In this document: piece by piece, positions 20,739 through 33,025 of the stretch
How the letters are laid out: each line of letters begins with the position of its first letter
Position numbering within the stretch: position 1 is the first letter of the stretch
Assembly: GCA_963804875.1 (NCBI GenBank)
Contig: CAWDRX010000003.1
Coordinates: 139,838-203,837, forward strand
Length of the DNA stretch: 64,000 nt
Source of the DNA: an uncultured Verrucomicrobiae bacterium
GTDB taxonomy: Bacteria; Verrucomicrobiota; Verrucomicrobiia; Chthoniobacterales; UBA10450
Reading direction: 5' to 3'
Notes under the pieces: generated by a model
What the model saw: the letters and a program-made list of their open reading frames with translations, nothing else
Told to the model about the DNA's origin: nothing
Databases searched by the model: none
Position numbers and translations under genes: made by a program

Positions 20739-20987
20739 CTAGAGATGTCGCTTTACGAATGCACGACCTGAAGCCGATTTCAGATATCGCTCGAATTGAG
20801 CTGCCCGAGTTCGATCGGACAGTGCAATGTAGGTTTTCAGTCGCCATGGCTTCCATTTTGCGATGTGAACAATACGGCCAGAGTTGTGATTTTTGAGACG
20901 CGTCCGCAGATCGTCTGTTAGGCCCGTATAGAATCTTTCAGGATCCACTTCGCTCTGCAGAATATAAACGTAGATGAATTTGCTCAT
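20739..20987 (-). CDS. GIY-YIG nuclease-family small protein.
   Basis: FIYVYILQSEVDPERFYTGLTDDLRTRLKNHN matches the GIY-YIG core. Start set at MSKF. Confidence 0.75.
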   Translation of the reverse strand: MSKFIYVYILQSEVDPERFYTGLTDDLRTRLKNHNSGRIVHIAKWKPWRLKTYIALSDRTRAAQFERYLKSASGRAFVKRHL

Positions 20988-21102
20988 AACTGGCTTGCCG
21001 AGTCGTAGCTCGCGCGGAATGCGGGGCAAGCCAAAAAGAGGTCCGCCTTCGCCAAGGCTACGGCGCGACAGTCTTCGCTCTTTCTACGACGCGAGCGAAG
21101 AC

Positions 21103-21175
21103 TGGAGGCAAGGGGATTCGAACCCCTGACTTCCAGCTTGCAAAGCTGGCGCTCTACCAACTGAGCTATGCCCCC
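21103..21175 (-). tRNA. tRNA-Ala (anticodon TGC).
   Basis: Minus-strand GGGGGCATAGCTCAGTTGGTAGAGCGCCAGCTTTGCAAGCTGGAAGTCAGGGGTTCGAATCCCCTTGCCTCCA. Carries the G3:U70 alanine identity pair. Confidence 0.9.
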
Positions 21176-21227
21176 GAACAGAACTGCGGAATGTAGTTTG
21201 CCGGTCGCAGATTGCAATCGGAGCCGA

Positions 21228-23307
21228 TCACCAAATCCGGGCGCGTTGCTCAGGTGCGATGAACATTTTGTCGCTGGGCTGGATTTTAAAGGCGTCGTAC
21301 CAGACATCCGTGTTTCGAGTCGGACCAATCACACGAAATTGACGAGGGGAATGTGGGTCGCTTACGACCTGCTTTTTAACGTAATCATCGCTGACTTTTC
21401 CGCGCCAGGCTTGCGCCCACCCGAGAAGCACGCGCTGATCGCCCGTGTAACCATCGAGGACTGGCGCCGGCTGTCCTTTGAGCGAAGCACGATAGGCGTC
21501 AAGCGCAAGGGTGAGGCCGCCCAGGTCCGCGATGTTTTCGCCCATGGTCAATTCTCCGTTTACATGGACGCCGGGAATCGGTTCGTATTTTGAGTATTGG
21601 GCGCCTAGCATTTTTGCTCGTGCCTGGAATGTGTCCGCGTCTTTCTTTGTCCACCAGTCGTGCAACGCACCGGATGCGTCGATCTTGCGGCCCTGATCGT
21701 CGAATCCGTGCGTGAGCTCGTGTCCGATGACGCCACCCGCCGCGCCGTAGTTAATTGCGGGATCAGCATCCGCGTCAAAAATCGGCGGCTGTAGAATTCC
21801 CGCCGGAAAAACAATATCCCGCAAACTTCCGTTGTAGGCGTCGTTCGTTTGCGGCGTCATGCTCCAGTCGGTTCGATCAACCGGTTTTGAAAATCGGTCG
21901 GTGTAAAAGTCCCAATCGAGCTGCGCGCAGCGTTTGACGTTGCCGATTAAATCGTCGCCGCGAATGACCAGCTTCGTGTAATCACGCGGATGATCTGGAT
22001 AGCCCACCTTAATCGTGTATGTGTCGAGTTTCTTCAGCGCTTCCTTTTTCGTCTCCGGACCCATCCAATCGAGCTTTTCGATCCTTGCGCGATACGCGGC
22101 TTTTAGATTAGTGACCAGATCCTGGATTTTCTGTTTTGCTTCCGGTGGAAAATATTTTGCGGTGTAAAGCTGACCGACTCCGAAGCCCATCGTTCCGAAG
22201 GTCCCAAAGCGATCTCCAACAAGAAAATCGCCACCGCTGACAGCTGTGATCGCGCGTTTCCAACGCGCCTGCTGTTGCTTCTGACCGGAGAGTGTTTTGT
22301 CGTGTAGCTCGAAGTAAGCGTCGGCGAATGGCTTAGAGAGATATGGCGAGGCGTTATCTGCGATGTGAAATGCCTGCCAGGCCCGAATCGTGTCGATCGG
22401 TGTCTTTGAATACGCGTCAACAATTTTCGGGAAAGGCGCTTTTCTCAGCAACAATGACGCGCGTCAGGTTCGGCATCTTTGCTTCGGCAAGAAATCTGTC
22501 CCACGCGAATCCGGGGACAAACTTCTTCAGATCTTGAAGCGACATCGGATTGTAGATCGCATTGAAGTCGCGCTGTTGCGCCTTTGTCCAGCTGGCCTCC
22601 GCGATTCTGGTTTCGAAATCGACGACCTCTTTGGCGTTTTTGTCAGCGTCAGGCCAGTTCAACAGTTTCAAAACTGTGGCGACATAATTTTGGTAGGCGC
22701 TCTTCTGGGCGGCGAAATCCGGTTTCAGATAATAATCGCGATCGGGCAGACCGATTCCCGCCTGTGTCAGATAGAAAGCGTATTTTTTGGGGTCCTTTAA
22801 ATCGGCGTCGATCATTGGATTGAAGAGAGAAAATTCCAAATCAGTCGTCGTCCGGCCCATCAATGCGGCAAAATCATCGCGAGTCTTAGCATCCTTGAGA
22901 GCGCTCAGTTCAGACTCAATCGGCTTCGCGCCAAGTTGCTCAATCCGCGCTTCGTCCGTGAAAGAGCGGTAAAACGCTCCGACTTTTTCCGCCAGCGTTG
23001 CTGGATTTTCAATCGGTTTCGCGCCAAGCGATTCCATCATCTCACGCAGCCGCTGTTCGGTCAGATCGGTCATTGCGAGCCGGAGCGAGTACGCCGGTTT
23101 GTCCGGAGGAATCTGCGTTTTGTCGATCCAGATTCCGTTGGCGAAACGAAAGAAGTCGTCGCCCGGTTTGGTTGCTGAATCCATTCCGGGCAGATCAAAT
23201 CCCCAGGCGCCGTATTTCAATTTCGTTGGAGGTGTGTCTTCGGCGTGGGCGAGAAGCGGATAGCAGCAGAGAACGGCGAGTAGAAGAATGCGCAACAGTG
23301 AACTCAT
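21228..23307 (-). CDS. M13-family zinc metallopeptidase (PepO/neprilysin-like). Secreted. Split by one apparent frameshift near 22417..22454.
   Basis: ORF 22417..23397 carries the M13 N-terminal domain and a signal peptide (MSSLLRILLLAVL). ORF 21228..22454 carries the catalytic domain with VIGHELTHGFDDQG (HExxH). The two read in different frames and overlap by 38 nt. Confidence 0.7.
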
Positions 23308-23418
23308 AAGATGGAGCGAGACAATAAACGAACAAAGGCAGATTGAGAAATTGGGAAGGCCGGTTCGTTGTATGGCACACCAGAAATTGCGACGCACCAG
23401 CGTTGCAATGTGGCGAAA

Positions 23419-23461
23419 AGAAAAATGCCGGATGTCGATTCTTTACGCCAACATCCGGCAT
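23419..23461 (-). terminator. Hairpin ATGCCGGATGT...ACATCCGGCAT followed on the minus strand by TTTTTCTTTTC. Likely rho-independent terminator of the HAF-repeat gene.
   Basis: 11-bp perfect stem followed by a T-run. Located 40 nt past the stop of gene 23503..24738. Confidence 0.5.
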
Positions 23462-23502
23462 GAACGCCCTGATCCGCGCTCAGGGCCTAGTCCTTCTTTT
23501 CT

Positions 23503-24738
23503 TTAACGCGAAAGAGGTACAGCCAAATACGCCGTTAACGCGCCCGTATTTGGGTTGGTGGCTCTACCCGTTATCTCTCCTTTGTTATTTACGTCTTTGG
23601 CGCTTGTGAGCACTGCACTAAAGCCCGGCACTTTGAGATCATTAAGATCCGTTGGCGTGTTGCCGTGATCCCAAATAACTGCACGGCAATCAACCAGGTC
23701 CGCGTCGCATGAGACGCCGACTACCTGCCGACGTTCGTTAATGCCATAAGCCTCGCTGTCTACGTGTTCTGGTGTGCGGTTCCGCAAAGGCTTTAGCTGT
23801 CGAATGCCATCCTCCCTGGTCCACATGAAAGCGTGTAAGACGTCGCCTCCTACAAACTCCGGATCGCCAGCAAATCCAACTACATCGCCTCTTTGGTTGA
23901 TCGCTGTTGGCGTATTCCACCACGGCGCTGGAGGATTTGGATAAATGTCCGTCACGGTGCCATTTTCCCAAAGCACGGCATGCTTGGCTGTGTGTCTTCC
24001 AACGGCCTGATCACAGATACCGGAAATGCCCACGATTTGACCATTATCATTGATCGCCGTCGCAGCTCCTGAGCTATCTCCGGGGATTAAGGGCAAATCT
24101 TGGATTTGGTCCGGTGGTCCCAGAGTCCACACAGCTGGACGAAATTGCAGGACTTGCGGCGAGACACACGCGTTGTCATGAACACCATTCTCGGCCCACC
24201 CGACCACCTGACCAAAGTTATTGGCTCCGGTTGCAAAGCCGTTATTTCCTCCCGGAAACGGCAGAAGTCCTCTCATCTGGTTGTTTTGCCACACGAATCC
24301 GAGGTTGATATAGCCGACGTTGTTAGGCGTACTGTAGAAACCTGCGCTGCTCCAAGCCTCTCCGAGAGGCTCAGGATCGGAGGTCTGAGAAATGCCCACG
24401 AGGATGCCTTGAGTATTCTTCACATTCCACGTGACACTACTGTTAGGTCCGCCAAGTGTGCCGAGGTCGGTCAGCAAGCTGCTTCGCCACAGCGTAGCGT
24501 GCCGATTCCTGTTCGGCAGCCTGGAATAACCTGCCGCCCAGCTTTGATCATTGATGCTGTTCCCTCCGCTACTTGTGCCACCGAAATCGGGTAGGGTAGA
24601 CACCTGGTACTGCGATTTTGCCTTCATTGATTCCGGCTTTTGCGCGTGCACAGGTGTAAGCGTCGTAGCGAAGCAAACAGCGATCAGAATAACGAAAAGA
24701 GTTTGGTTAACTCTTTTGGTTGTGAATTGTGTTGTCAT
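23503..24738 (-). CDS. HAF-repeat (TIGR03803-like) secreted protein.
   Basis: Repeated HATLW/HAVLW/HAFMW...DLGTLGG units. Signal peptide present. Strong SD AAAGGAG lies upstream of the chosen ATG. Confidence 0.65.
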   Translation of the reverse strand: MTTQFTTKRVNQTLFVILIAVCFATTLTPVHAQKPESMKAKSQYQVSTLPDFGGTSSGGNSINDQSWAAGYSRLPNRNRHATLWRSSLLTDLGTLGGPNSSVTWNVKNTQGILVGISQTSDPEPLGEAWSSAGFYSTPNNVGYINLGFVWQNNQMRGLLPFPGGNNGFATGANNFGQVVGWAENGVHDNACVSPQVLQFRPAVWTLGPPDQIQDLPLIPGDSSGAATAINDNGQIVGISGICDQAVGRHTAKHAVLWENGTVTDIYPNPPAPWWNTPTAINQRGDVVGFAGDPEFVGGDVLHAFMWTREDGIRQLKPLRNRTPEHVDSEAYGINERRQVVGVSCDADLVDCRAVIWDHGNTPTDLNDLKVPGFSAVLTSAKDVNNKGEITGRATNPNTGALTAYLAVPLSR

Positions 24739-24927
24739 GTTTCTCTCCTTTGTTGAATTTTCATGACGACACTTTAGGAACTGGCCATACCTCACCTCCA
24801 TAGCCACTTCGCCGATTTGGTACGGACCATTTCAGCCTTAGTTGTCTGGTGGCAGAGCAGAAGATTTAAGACAGCGGAAGATTGATGCGAGGCTGCTGAA
24901 GCACGGCCTCGTTGTCTGCCCAACGGT

Positions 24928-26397
24928 CTAATTCAATTTTGAATTGAGCGCCGCGGCGAACTTGCTGAGACCTTCACGGATTTGCGCGCGCGACCACGCA
25001 GCAAACCCAAATGTGAGCGCCGGCTTCGGCTCCACTTTCATGAAACACGACGACAATGGTGAAGGCCGAATACCGATATCAGTGCAGACACGCGTAATGA
25101 CCGGCATGTGTTCTTTCTGTCGGACCCAGGCAACGAAGTGTAATCCGGCTTCCGGGATTTCGAGGATGAAGTATTTGCCTAACAACTTGTTGAATTGTTC
25201 GATAAAAAAGTCTCTGCGGTCCGAATATAATTTTCGCATCCTCTTGATGTGAGTGAGGAAAAACCCTTCTGTTAGGAACCGGGCCAGGGTCGCCTGATCG
25301 ATGGCCGGCGAATGTTGGTCCATCACCGCCCGAATCTTAATCATTGGTTCGACGAGTTGGTGTGGCGCAACGATGTATCCCAGTCGCAACGATGGATACA
25401 AGATCTTGCTCATCGTGCCTGCGTAGATGACACGACCGACATTATCCAAGCCTTGTAGACACGGGAGTGGGGGACCGGTGTAACGAAATTCGGAATTGTG
25501 ATCGTCCTCAAAAATGTAGGCGTCGCACGTCCGCGCAAAATCGATCAAGGCCGTCCTTCGCGAGAGACTCATGGTCATTCCGAGCGGGAATTGATGGGAA
25601 GGAGTTACATAAATTATCTTGGGCGAGCGTTCTTTCGGTGGCCGAGCGATTGTGATTCCTTCCCCGTCAACAGGTCTTGGCACGACCTTCGCGCCGGCGA
25701 AGCCGAACGCTCGCCGGGCCTGGTAAAAACCCGGGTCCTCAATCCATGCCACCTCGCCGCGATTTACCAGTGCCATCGCGCTGATCATCATTGCCTGCTG
25801 CGTTCCGGCTGTAATGATGATTTGATCTGGATCGCACCGCGCGCCCCTGTAATCGCACAAGTATGTTGCCAACGCCTTGCGCAGCTCCGGATCGCCACGG
25901 CTCGACGCATACTGAAGCAGATGCGCTCCTTTTTGTGACAGAACCTCCGTTCTGAGTCGTTCCCAAACGTCGATGGGAAATTCATCCAGCGCGGCCACAG
26001 CCGGAACAAAGGAGACACCGGGCGGCCCTGCGATTCCGAAATCGAACTGCTTACCAGCCCTGTGATCAGGAATATCCTTAACCCGGTTTGAAAGCCGCGA
26101 TGGGCGTTCGTTAGGCGGTGCTGCTGTCGTTATTCGCGCACTGAGGAAAGTTTCCGGCAACGCTTCCGAGATGAAGGTCCCCGATCCAATTTTAGATTGA
26201 AGATATCCTTCCGCATGAAGCCTCGAGAGCGCGAGATTCACCGTAAAGCGAGACACTCTAAAATTAACGGCCAGGGCGCGAGAGGAGGGAAGTCGCGATG
26301 AGTTATTGTTGAAACTTCCTGAAGCAAGTTCATCGCGAATCTGTCGATAAAGTTGTTGATGCAGTGGTTCGGCGGCTCCTCGATCCAACCGGACCAT
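24928..26397 (-). CDS. MocR/GabR-like regulator (GntR-type HTH fused to an aminotransferase class I/II domain).
   Basis: The HTH SSRALAVNFRVSRFTVNLALSRLHAEGYL precedes a fold-type I PLP-enzyme domain. Start chosen at MVRLDRG; an alternative start lies at 26469. Confidence 0.8.
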   Translation of the reverse strand: MVRLDRGAAEPLHQQLYRQIRDELASGSFNNNSSRLPSSRALAVNFRVSRFTVNLALSRLHAEGYLQSKIGSGTFISEALPETFLSARITTAAPPNERPSRLSNRVKDIPDHRAGKQFDFGIAGPPGVSFVPAVAALDEFPIDVWERLRTEVLSQKGAHLLQYASSRGDPELRKALATYLCDYRGARCDPDQIIITAGTQQAMMISAMALVNRGEVAWIEDPGFYQARRAFGFAGAKVVPRPVDGEGITIARPPKERSPKIIYVTPSHQFPLGMTMSLSRRTALIDFARTCDAYIFEDDHNSEFRYTGPPLPCLQGLDNVGRVIYAGTMSKILYPSLRLGYIVAPHQLVEPMIKIRAVMDQHSPAIDQATLARFLTEGFFLTHIKRMRKLYSDRRDFFIEQFNKLLGKYFILEIPEAGLHFVAWVRQKEHMPVITRVCTDIGIRPSPLSSCFMKVEPKPALTFGFAAWSRAQIREGLSKFAAALNSKLN

Positions 26398-26712
26398 TTC
26401 AAAAGCCACTAACGAATGGCGACGCCGTTTGCCATCAAGGTTTGGCGTAGGATGTTGGAAGTTCGGCATTCGGCGTTTTGTTCCGGTCATAAGCAAGAGC
26501 ATGAATGTCCGCCTTCGCGCGGTGCTACTCCGAAAAAGATTCGCAAGCAGTCGGCGCAACAGACGAGTATGGGCATGAGCACGGCGATGATCACTGCCCG
26601 AATCATTCAACCCGCAACAATCAACCAGCAATCTTCTTTTCAAAGTGGTCTGGCCATTTCGTTCCAAGTGGACTGTTGACACCTCAGCCCGCGGTCAGAA
26701 GCTTTCGGTCAA

Positions 26713-27150
26713 ATGCAGACTAAAACTCCGTGTACTGATTACATTGAAACAAGAGGGCTTATTTATTTTGCCCGGATGCTGGACAAGATCCGGCTGAAGG
26801 CCGCCGGCAAATTGCCGCCGGATTATTTTACAGGTGTCGATGATTCGACTCACTTCGACGCGCGTTGCACAAGATTCCTCGGCGTGAATTACGACGAGCT
26901 TGTGGATCGAACGCTCAAAGGCGGATCGGACGACGAAATCCTCGACTGGTGCTTCGCTCATGGTCGCCAGCCGAGCGACGAAGAAATTTCCGTGTGGAAT
27001 GCGTTTCTTCGGAAACGTGGCTGGCGGGATGAAGCGAGCGAGGAGCTCGCTGAGTCGAAGAAGGACGCGGGTTTCGGCGATCGCGCCGACATTCAAACCT
27101 GGTTGGACCTGCATGATGCCGAGGAAGGAAGAAAGCCGACGTTCAGTTAG
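26713..27150 (+). CDS. DUF5069-family protein.
   Basis: The GLIYFARMLDKIRLKAAGKLPPDY N-terminus matches DUF5069, from memory. Confidence 0.5.
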   Translation: MQTKTPCTDYIETRGLIYFARMLDKIRLKAAGKLPPDYFTGVDDSTHFDARCTRFLGVNYDELVDRTLKGGSDDEILDWCFAHGRQPSDEEISVWNAFLRKRGWRDEASEELAESKKDAGFGDRADIQTWLDLHDAEEGRKPTFS

Positions 27151-27379
27151 GAGGAACTTCCAGTCCGCTGCTACTCATCTGATCCCAAGAGGTCTGTTAT
27201 TAGTTGCAGCAGCTCCAAGGTTACTGTTTTAAATAGGTTTCGGCCCTGAAGAAACTGTGAATCGAAATCAATCATCACCAAATTGACTCAAGGACGTGGA
27301 AGCGCTGCACGATTCTGAACAGGTAACCGATCGCAAACATTTGGCGAGACAGTGCATTTGGTCGAAACCGGATGGATTC

Positions 27380-28447
27380 ATGCGTCTTAGCATCGCCGCA
27401 TGTCTCGTGATGATGTTTTGCGCTGTCATGACACGGTTTGTCTCTGCTGGGAACCAAGCGGCGCTGCCGGCCACCGCATATTCTGTTGGGATGACCCAGA
27501 TTGAATATGTCGATCCTACAGATGGAGGTAGATCCTTGAACTACATGCTGATTTATCCAGCCGCTCCCGACGTCACCGGTACTCCTTTCAAAATATTTTT
27601 GTCCACCAAACTACACTTATACAAAGACGCACAGATAGTGTCCGACGGATTGAAGCACCCAATGGTGGTGTTCTCGCATGGCGCTGGTGGCAATGGCTCT
27701 GGGTATGCCTGGTTTGGTCAATACCTGGCATCGCACGGCTATCTCGTAGCCATGGTTTACCATTATCGGGCCAATACATTTGATTCGAGCGCGCTGTATG
27801 TGCGTAACAGGCTTTGGCAGCGACCGCGCGATGTGAGTCTGGACATTAGTCATTTGCTGGAGGACAAGGTTTGGGGACCACACATCGACCCGAATCAGAT
27901 TGGTGTAGCGGGACATTCGCAAGGTGGATTTACCGCGCTCTGGCTCGGCGGGGCCAAGGTTAATCCCGAACTGTTTCTGGCTTACCAACGCGGATGGAAG
28001 AATAACCAGGTGGTGCCGGCTTATTTGCGCGAGCAAATGCAACTTGACGCGAAACCGGCCGCTGACGTGCGCGACCATCGGGTGAAAGCCGCATTTGCGA
28101 TGGCCCCAGGTGATATTCAGGGATTTGGTATGGACGCGGCCGGGCTTCGGCAAATGACAATCCCAGCCTATCTCATCGTCGGTGCCGCAGACACAGCAAC
28201 GCCCCCGAAGGAAAATGCTGAGTTCGCTGCGAAATACATCCCGCACGCCACGCTCGACATACTATCAGGTCCGGTTGGCCACGAGATATTCGACAACGAA
28301 TGCGATCAGGTGGGACGCGACAATTATCCCGACGCCTGTATCGATGCCCCTGGCGTGGATCGGGCGAAACTGCACGACTACATCGGGAACGCTGCGTTGA
28401 AGTTCTTCGATGCGAACTTGAACGTAGAAAGACAAAAATCGAACTGA
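27380..28447 (+). CDS. Secreted alpha/beta-hydrolase (PAF-acetylhydrolase / dienelactone-hydrolase-like).
   Basis: Nucleophile elbow GHSQGG. Signal peptide MRLSIAACLVMMFCAV. Confidence 0.65.
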   Translation: MRLSIAACLVMMFCAVMTRFVSAGNQAALPATAYSVGMTQIEYVDPTDGGRSLNYMLIYPAAPDVTGTPFKIFLSTKLHLYKDAQIVSDGLKHPMVVFSHGAGGNGSGYAWFGQYLASHGYLVAMVYHYRANTFDSSALYVRNRLWQRPRDVSLDISHLLEDKVWGPHIDPNQIGVAGHSQGGFTALWLGGAKVNPELFLAYQRGWKNNQVVPAYLREQMQLDAKPAADVRDHRVKAAFAMAPGDIQGFGMDAAGLRQMTIPAYLIVGAADTATPPKENAEFAAKYIPHATLDILSGPVGHEIFDNECDQVGRDNYPDACIDAPGVDRAKLHDYIGNAALKFFDANLNVERQKSN

Positions 28448-28520
28448 AACTTATACACAATCAAGTCGTTTCGATCGCCGAAAGCCATAACGATGGATGC
28501 ACCAGAGGTGCTCAATACCC

Positions 28521-29076
28521 ATGAAATCTTTTTCGCTCTATCTGTTCATCGTACTGCAATTAACAGTGTTCTCCGCGGCAGGACAGCCCACTCCAACGCC
28601 TGTGCGCGACGGATCTCATGACTTCGATTTTCTTATCGGCAACTGGAAAGCACACGTGCGCCGGCTACCCGATCGCCTGGTTGGTTCCAATAACTGGATC
28701 GAGTATAACGGCATCTCGAATCACAAGAAGCTTCTCGATAGCAATGCAAATTTCGAAGAATTCGAAGTCGACAATCCGGAGAAGCACCTGCACATCAAGG
28801 GCCAGACGTTAAGATTGTACAATCCGGATTCGCATCAATGGAGCATTTATCTTCTTGATCTGGATAAGGGCGTTCTAGTCCTCCACCGGTTGTTGGGGAA
28901 TTTAATGGAAACCGTGGCGAGTTTTATGACCAGGAACAATACAAGGGTCGGGCCATTCTGGTGCGCTACGTTTGGCAAAATATTTCACCGAAAACGGCGC
29001 GAATGGAACAATCCTTCTCGGCTGACGGCGGAAAGACATGGGAAACAAACTGGATCTGCGAATTGAGTCGATAGTC
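28521..29076 (+). CDS. Secreted hypothetical protein with an apparent single-base frameshift around 28862..28890.
   Basis: ORF 28497..29066 loses protein-like character after ...LDLDKG. An alternative frame continues as PVVGEFNGNRGEFYDQEQYKGRAILVRYVWQNISPKTARMEQSFSADGGKTWETNWICELSR to a stop at 29076. Confidence 0.45.
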
Positions 29077-29093
29077 AGGAATCCCGATACGAT

Positions 29094-29531
29094 ATGAAAT
29101 TTACGACGCTTATTGTTTTTTTCGCCGTCTTGATCTGCCGATTTTCATCCGCGCAAACGGTGGCTCAACAAGAAGTTCTCCAGTTCGAGCGCGATGCTTG
29201 CAAAGCATTTCTAGACGCCGACGTGTCCGCGCTGGAGCGCGTACTGACTCCCGACTTCACGCTGACGGTCTCGAATGGCGAAGTGAGCACGCGTGCGGAT
29301 GAGATCAACGAGCTACAGAGCAACAAAGTCCATTACGACGTATTTGAAAATTACGACATGTTAGCGCGGCTTTATGGCAACGACACGGCAGTTGTTCTGG
29401 GGAAAACGCGTGTAAAAGGAACAGCCGACGGCAAAGTGTTCGATCGAGTCGTGCAGTTCACGGACACCCTGATCAAGCGCGATGGTCGGTGGCAGCTTGC
29501 CGCGGGACACATTTCGCGGCTTGAGAAATAG
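29094..29531 (+). CDS. Secreted NTF2-like / DUF4440-like protein.
   Basis: Signal peptide plus a SnoaL/NTF2-like pattern. Confidence 0.55.
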   Translation: MKFTTLIVFFAVLICRFSSAQTVAQQEVLQFERDACKAFLDADVSALERVLTPDFTLTVSNGEVSTRADEINELQSNKVHYDVFENYDMLARLYGNDTAVVLGKTRVKGTADGKVFDRVVQFTDTLIKRDGRWQLAAGHISRLEK

Positions 29532-29611
29532 GATTGATGTTTGCGGCTGACGCAGCCGCCTTTCCGAGCTTCCTGGGTTCCAGCTTTCCTGATTCGATTT
29601 TTCTGTACAAA

Positions 29612-29655
29612 CAAAATGCCGGATGTCGATTCTTACGATTCGTCATCCGGCATTG
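29612..29655 (-). terminator. Hairpin ATGCCGGATG...CATCCGGCAT followed on the minus strand by TTTTGTTTGT. Candidate terminator about 200 nt past the 16S 3' end. It shares its stem and loop 5' half with the element at 23419.
   Basis: 10-bp stem followed by a T-run on the minus strand. Same 22-nt core aaaatgccggatgtcgattctt as at 23419..23461. Confidence 0.5.
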
Positions 29656-29846
29656 CAGTCGATGTGCAGCAAAGACTGAATTGTGCGTTACCGTCTTTCG
29701 TTCTTTGAAGCCTCACTCGCTTTCGCTCGTGAGGTCTTAACGGCATGTCCAAGAACTATCGGTTGAATGCTCTTGGATTTAGCCGTCGACCTATCGCAAG
29801 AGAAGTTGAATCTCGACCTTGCGGTCTTGAGTCTAATCTCTGCGCT

Positions 29847-31412
<1,566 letters not shown>

Positions 31413-31987
31413 CCGTTAAAAACGTTACCCCGCGGTTGCGGGGAAAGTTTGAAATCCCGCGTGAGCGGGATCGATCTGACTTTCATTACCTGAATCCTCT
31501 TGCGAGCATCCAGGGCTTGTCCGATCTAAATCTTTCATTTCAAAGATGATCGACAGATAACGCACAATTCAATGTTTACTGTCTTTACACCATCGACGGA
31601 TTTCCTGTTGAAATCCACGACCACACTGTCAAAGATCATCCTTCGCGTACACGGCAAAGCCCAACCTCAACAATCATCGACCGCAGAGAATTGGCTTACC
31701 GGGCCAGAGAAGAACACCGACTCCGCTGATGGAACCGGTCCCGCCGTTTCGCGGGATTCGTAAACTAGCAGACTCCCCCAGCGAGTCAAAGGGAATTTTG
31801 CAAACTTTCGATAATTTTAGAATTTGTCGCTATCTTTCTCTGGCACTGCTCACCGCCAAGACACGGATTCCAATATCATCGGCCGGAGAAGCCCACAATA
31901 TTATCCACGATTTCATGCGGCCTGAATTGCCTTGACCTGTCATTTGGTTCCTGATTCGCTCGGTTGCAATCCTCGACACTTCGTAAA

Positions 31988-32341
31988 ATGAAATTGCTCG
32001 CTTATCTAATTCTTTGTCTTGCGCCGTTGGCAATGGCCAGCGGCGATCAATTTACTCGACCCGGGTCCGGTAAGGTGACCGTCCTCTATTTCTGGGCAGT
32101 CTGGTGCGGCCCATGCAGACAGCTTACGCCAGCCTTGGAACAGATGGCGGCAACCGATCACGACATTACGCTGAAAAAGGTCAACGCCGACGAGTCGCAG
32201 GCAGAGATGGACCGACTTCACGTTACAGCCCTTCCGCACGTGATTGTGTACGACCGCAACGGTGGCGTCGTCGGCTCTGTTACCGGCGCAGACGTCAAGA
32301 AAGTCAAAAGCTACGTCGGGCAGGCAAAGGGTGCCGAGTAA
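31988..32341 (+). CDS. Thioredoxin-family protein with a signal peptide.
   Basis: WAVWCGPCR active site. Start set at MKLLAYL. Confidence 0.85.
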   Translation: MKLLAYLILCLAPLAMASGDQFTRPGSGKVTVLYFWAVWCGPCRQLTPALEQMAATDHDITLKKVNADESQAEMDRLHVTALPHVIVYDRNGGVVGSVTGADVKKVKSYVGQAKGAE

Positions 32342-32407
32342 TCCGGAACGTGGGCGGCCATGCCCGCGGCGGTACGGGGCACGCTCACGCTACCGCGCTC
32401 TCAACCG

Positions 32408-32947
32408 TTAGTCGTCAACCCTCAGCTTTGCGCTCTTACTTATCACGTACTTCACGTTCGGCGTAGGCGGACGATTTCCGTACGTTTTCGTAACCGTTCC
32501 GACTTTGATCGCGCCAACTTTTTCCATCGCCTTTTGGGAACGAACGTTGGCTTCTCCAACCAAGAACACCACGCTTTCAACAAACTTGAAGGCGTGATTC
32601 AGCAATAATCGTTTCATTTCCGCGTTGTATCGGCCGCCCCAGTATTTTCGCGCTAGAAACGTCCATCCAATTTCGATCTCCGAGTTCTCCGGATCATAGC
32701 CGTAGAACCGCGTGGAACCGATGATGTGTTGGGTCTGGCGATCGATGATGACGAAAGCGCCGCCGGACTCGAGTGCGCCTTGGAAGAAAACTTTAAATAC
32801 ATGTTCCGTGTAACGGTCCGGCTCGGGATGCTGCTCCCAGATGAGCCAATCGGACGCGACCGCAAACAGCTCGTCCCAATCATCAGGTTTGAGCGGACGC
32901 AGCTCAATTAATTCACCTTTTAGAATTGGTTGAAGGTCAAATGCCAT
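32408..32947 (-). CDS. GNAT-family N-acetyltransferase (RimJ/RimL-like).
   Basis: GNAT fold pattern, about 180 aa. Confidence 0.8.
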   Translation of the reverse strand: MAFDLQPILKGELIELRPLKPDDWDELFAVASDWLIWEQHPEPDRYTEHVFKVFFQGALESGGAFVIIDRQTQHIIGSTRFYGYDPENSEIEIGWTFLARKYWGGRYNAEMKRLLLNHAFKFVESVVFLVGEANVRSQKAMEKVGAIKVGTVTKTYGNRPPTPNVKYVISKSAKLRVDD

Positions 32948-33025
32948 CTCCACCACGAATTGACACGGATGAATACGAATTCAAATCCGGCAATTCAAGC
33001 CGACACGGCCTAACGAGCGTTATTT

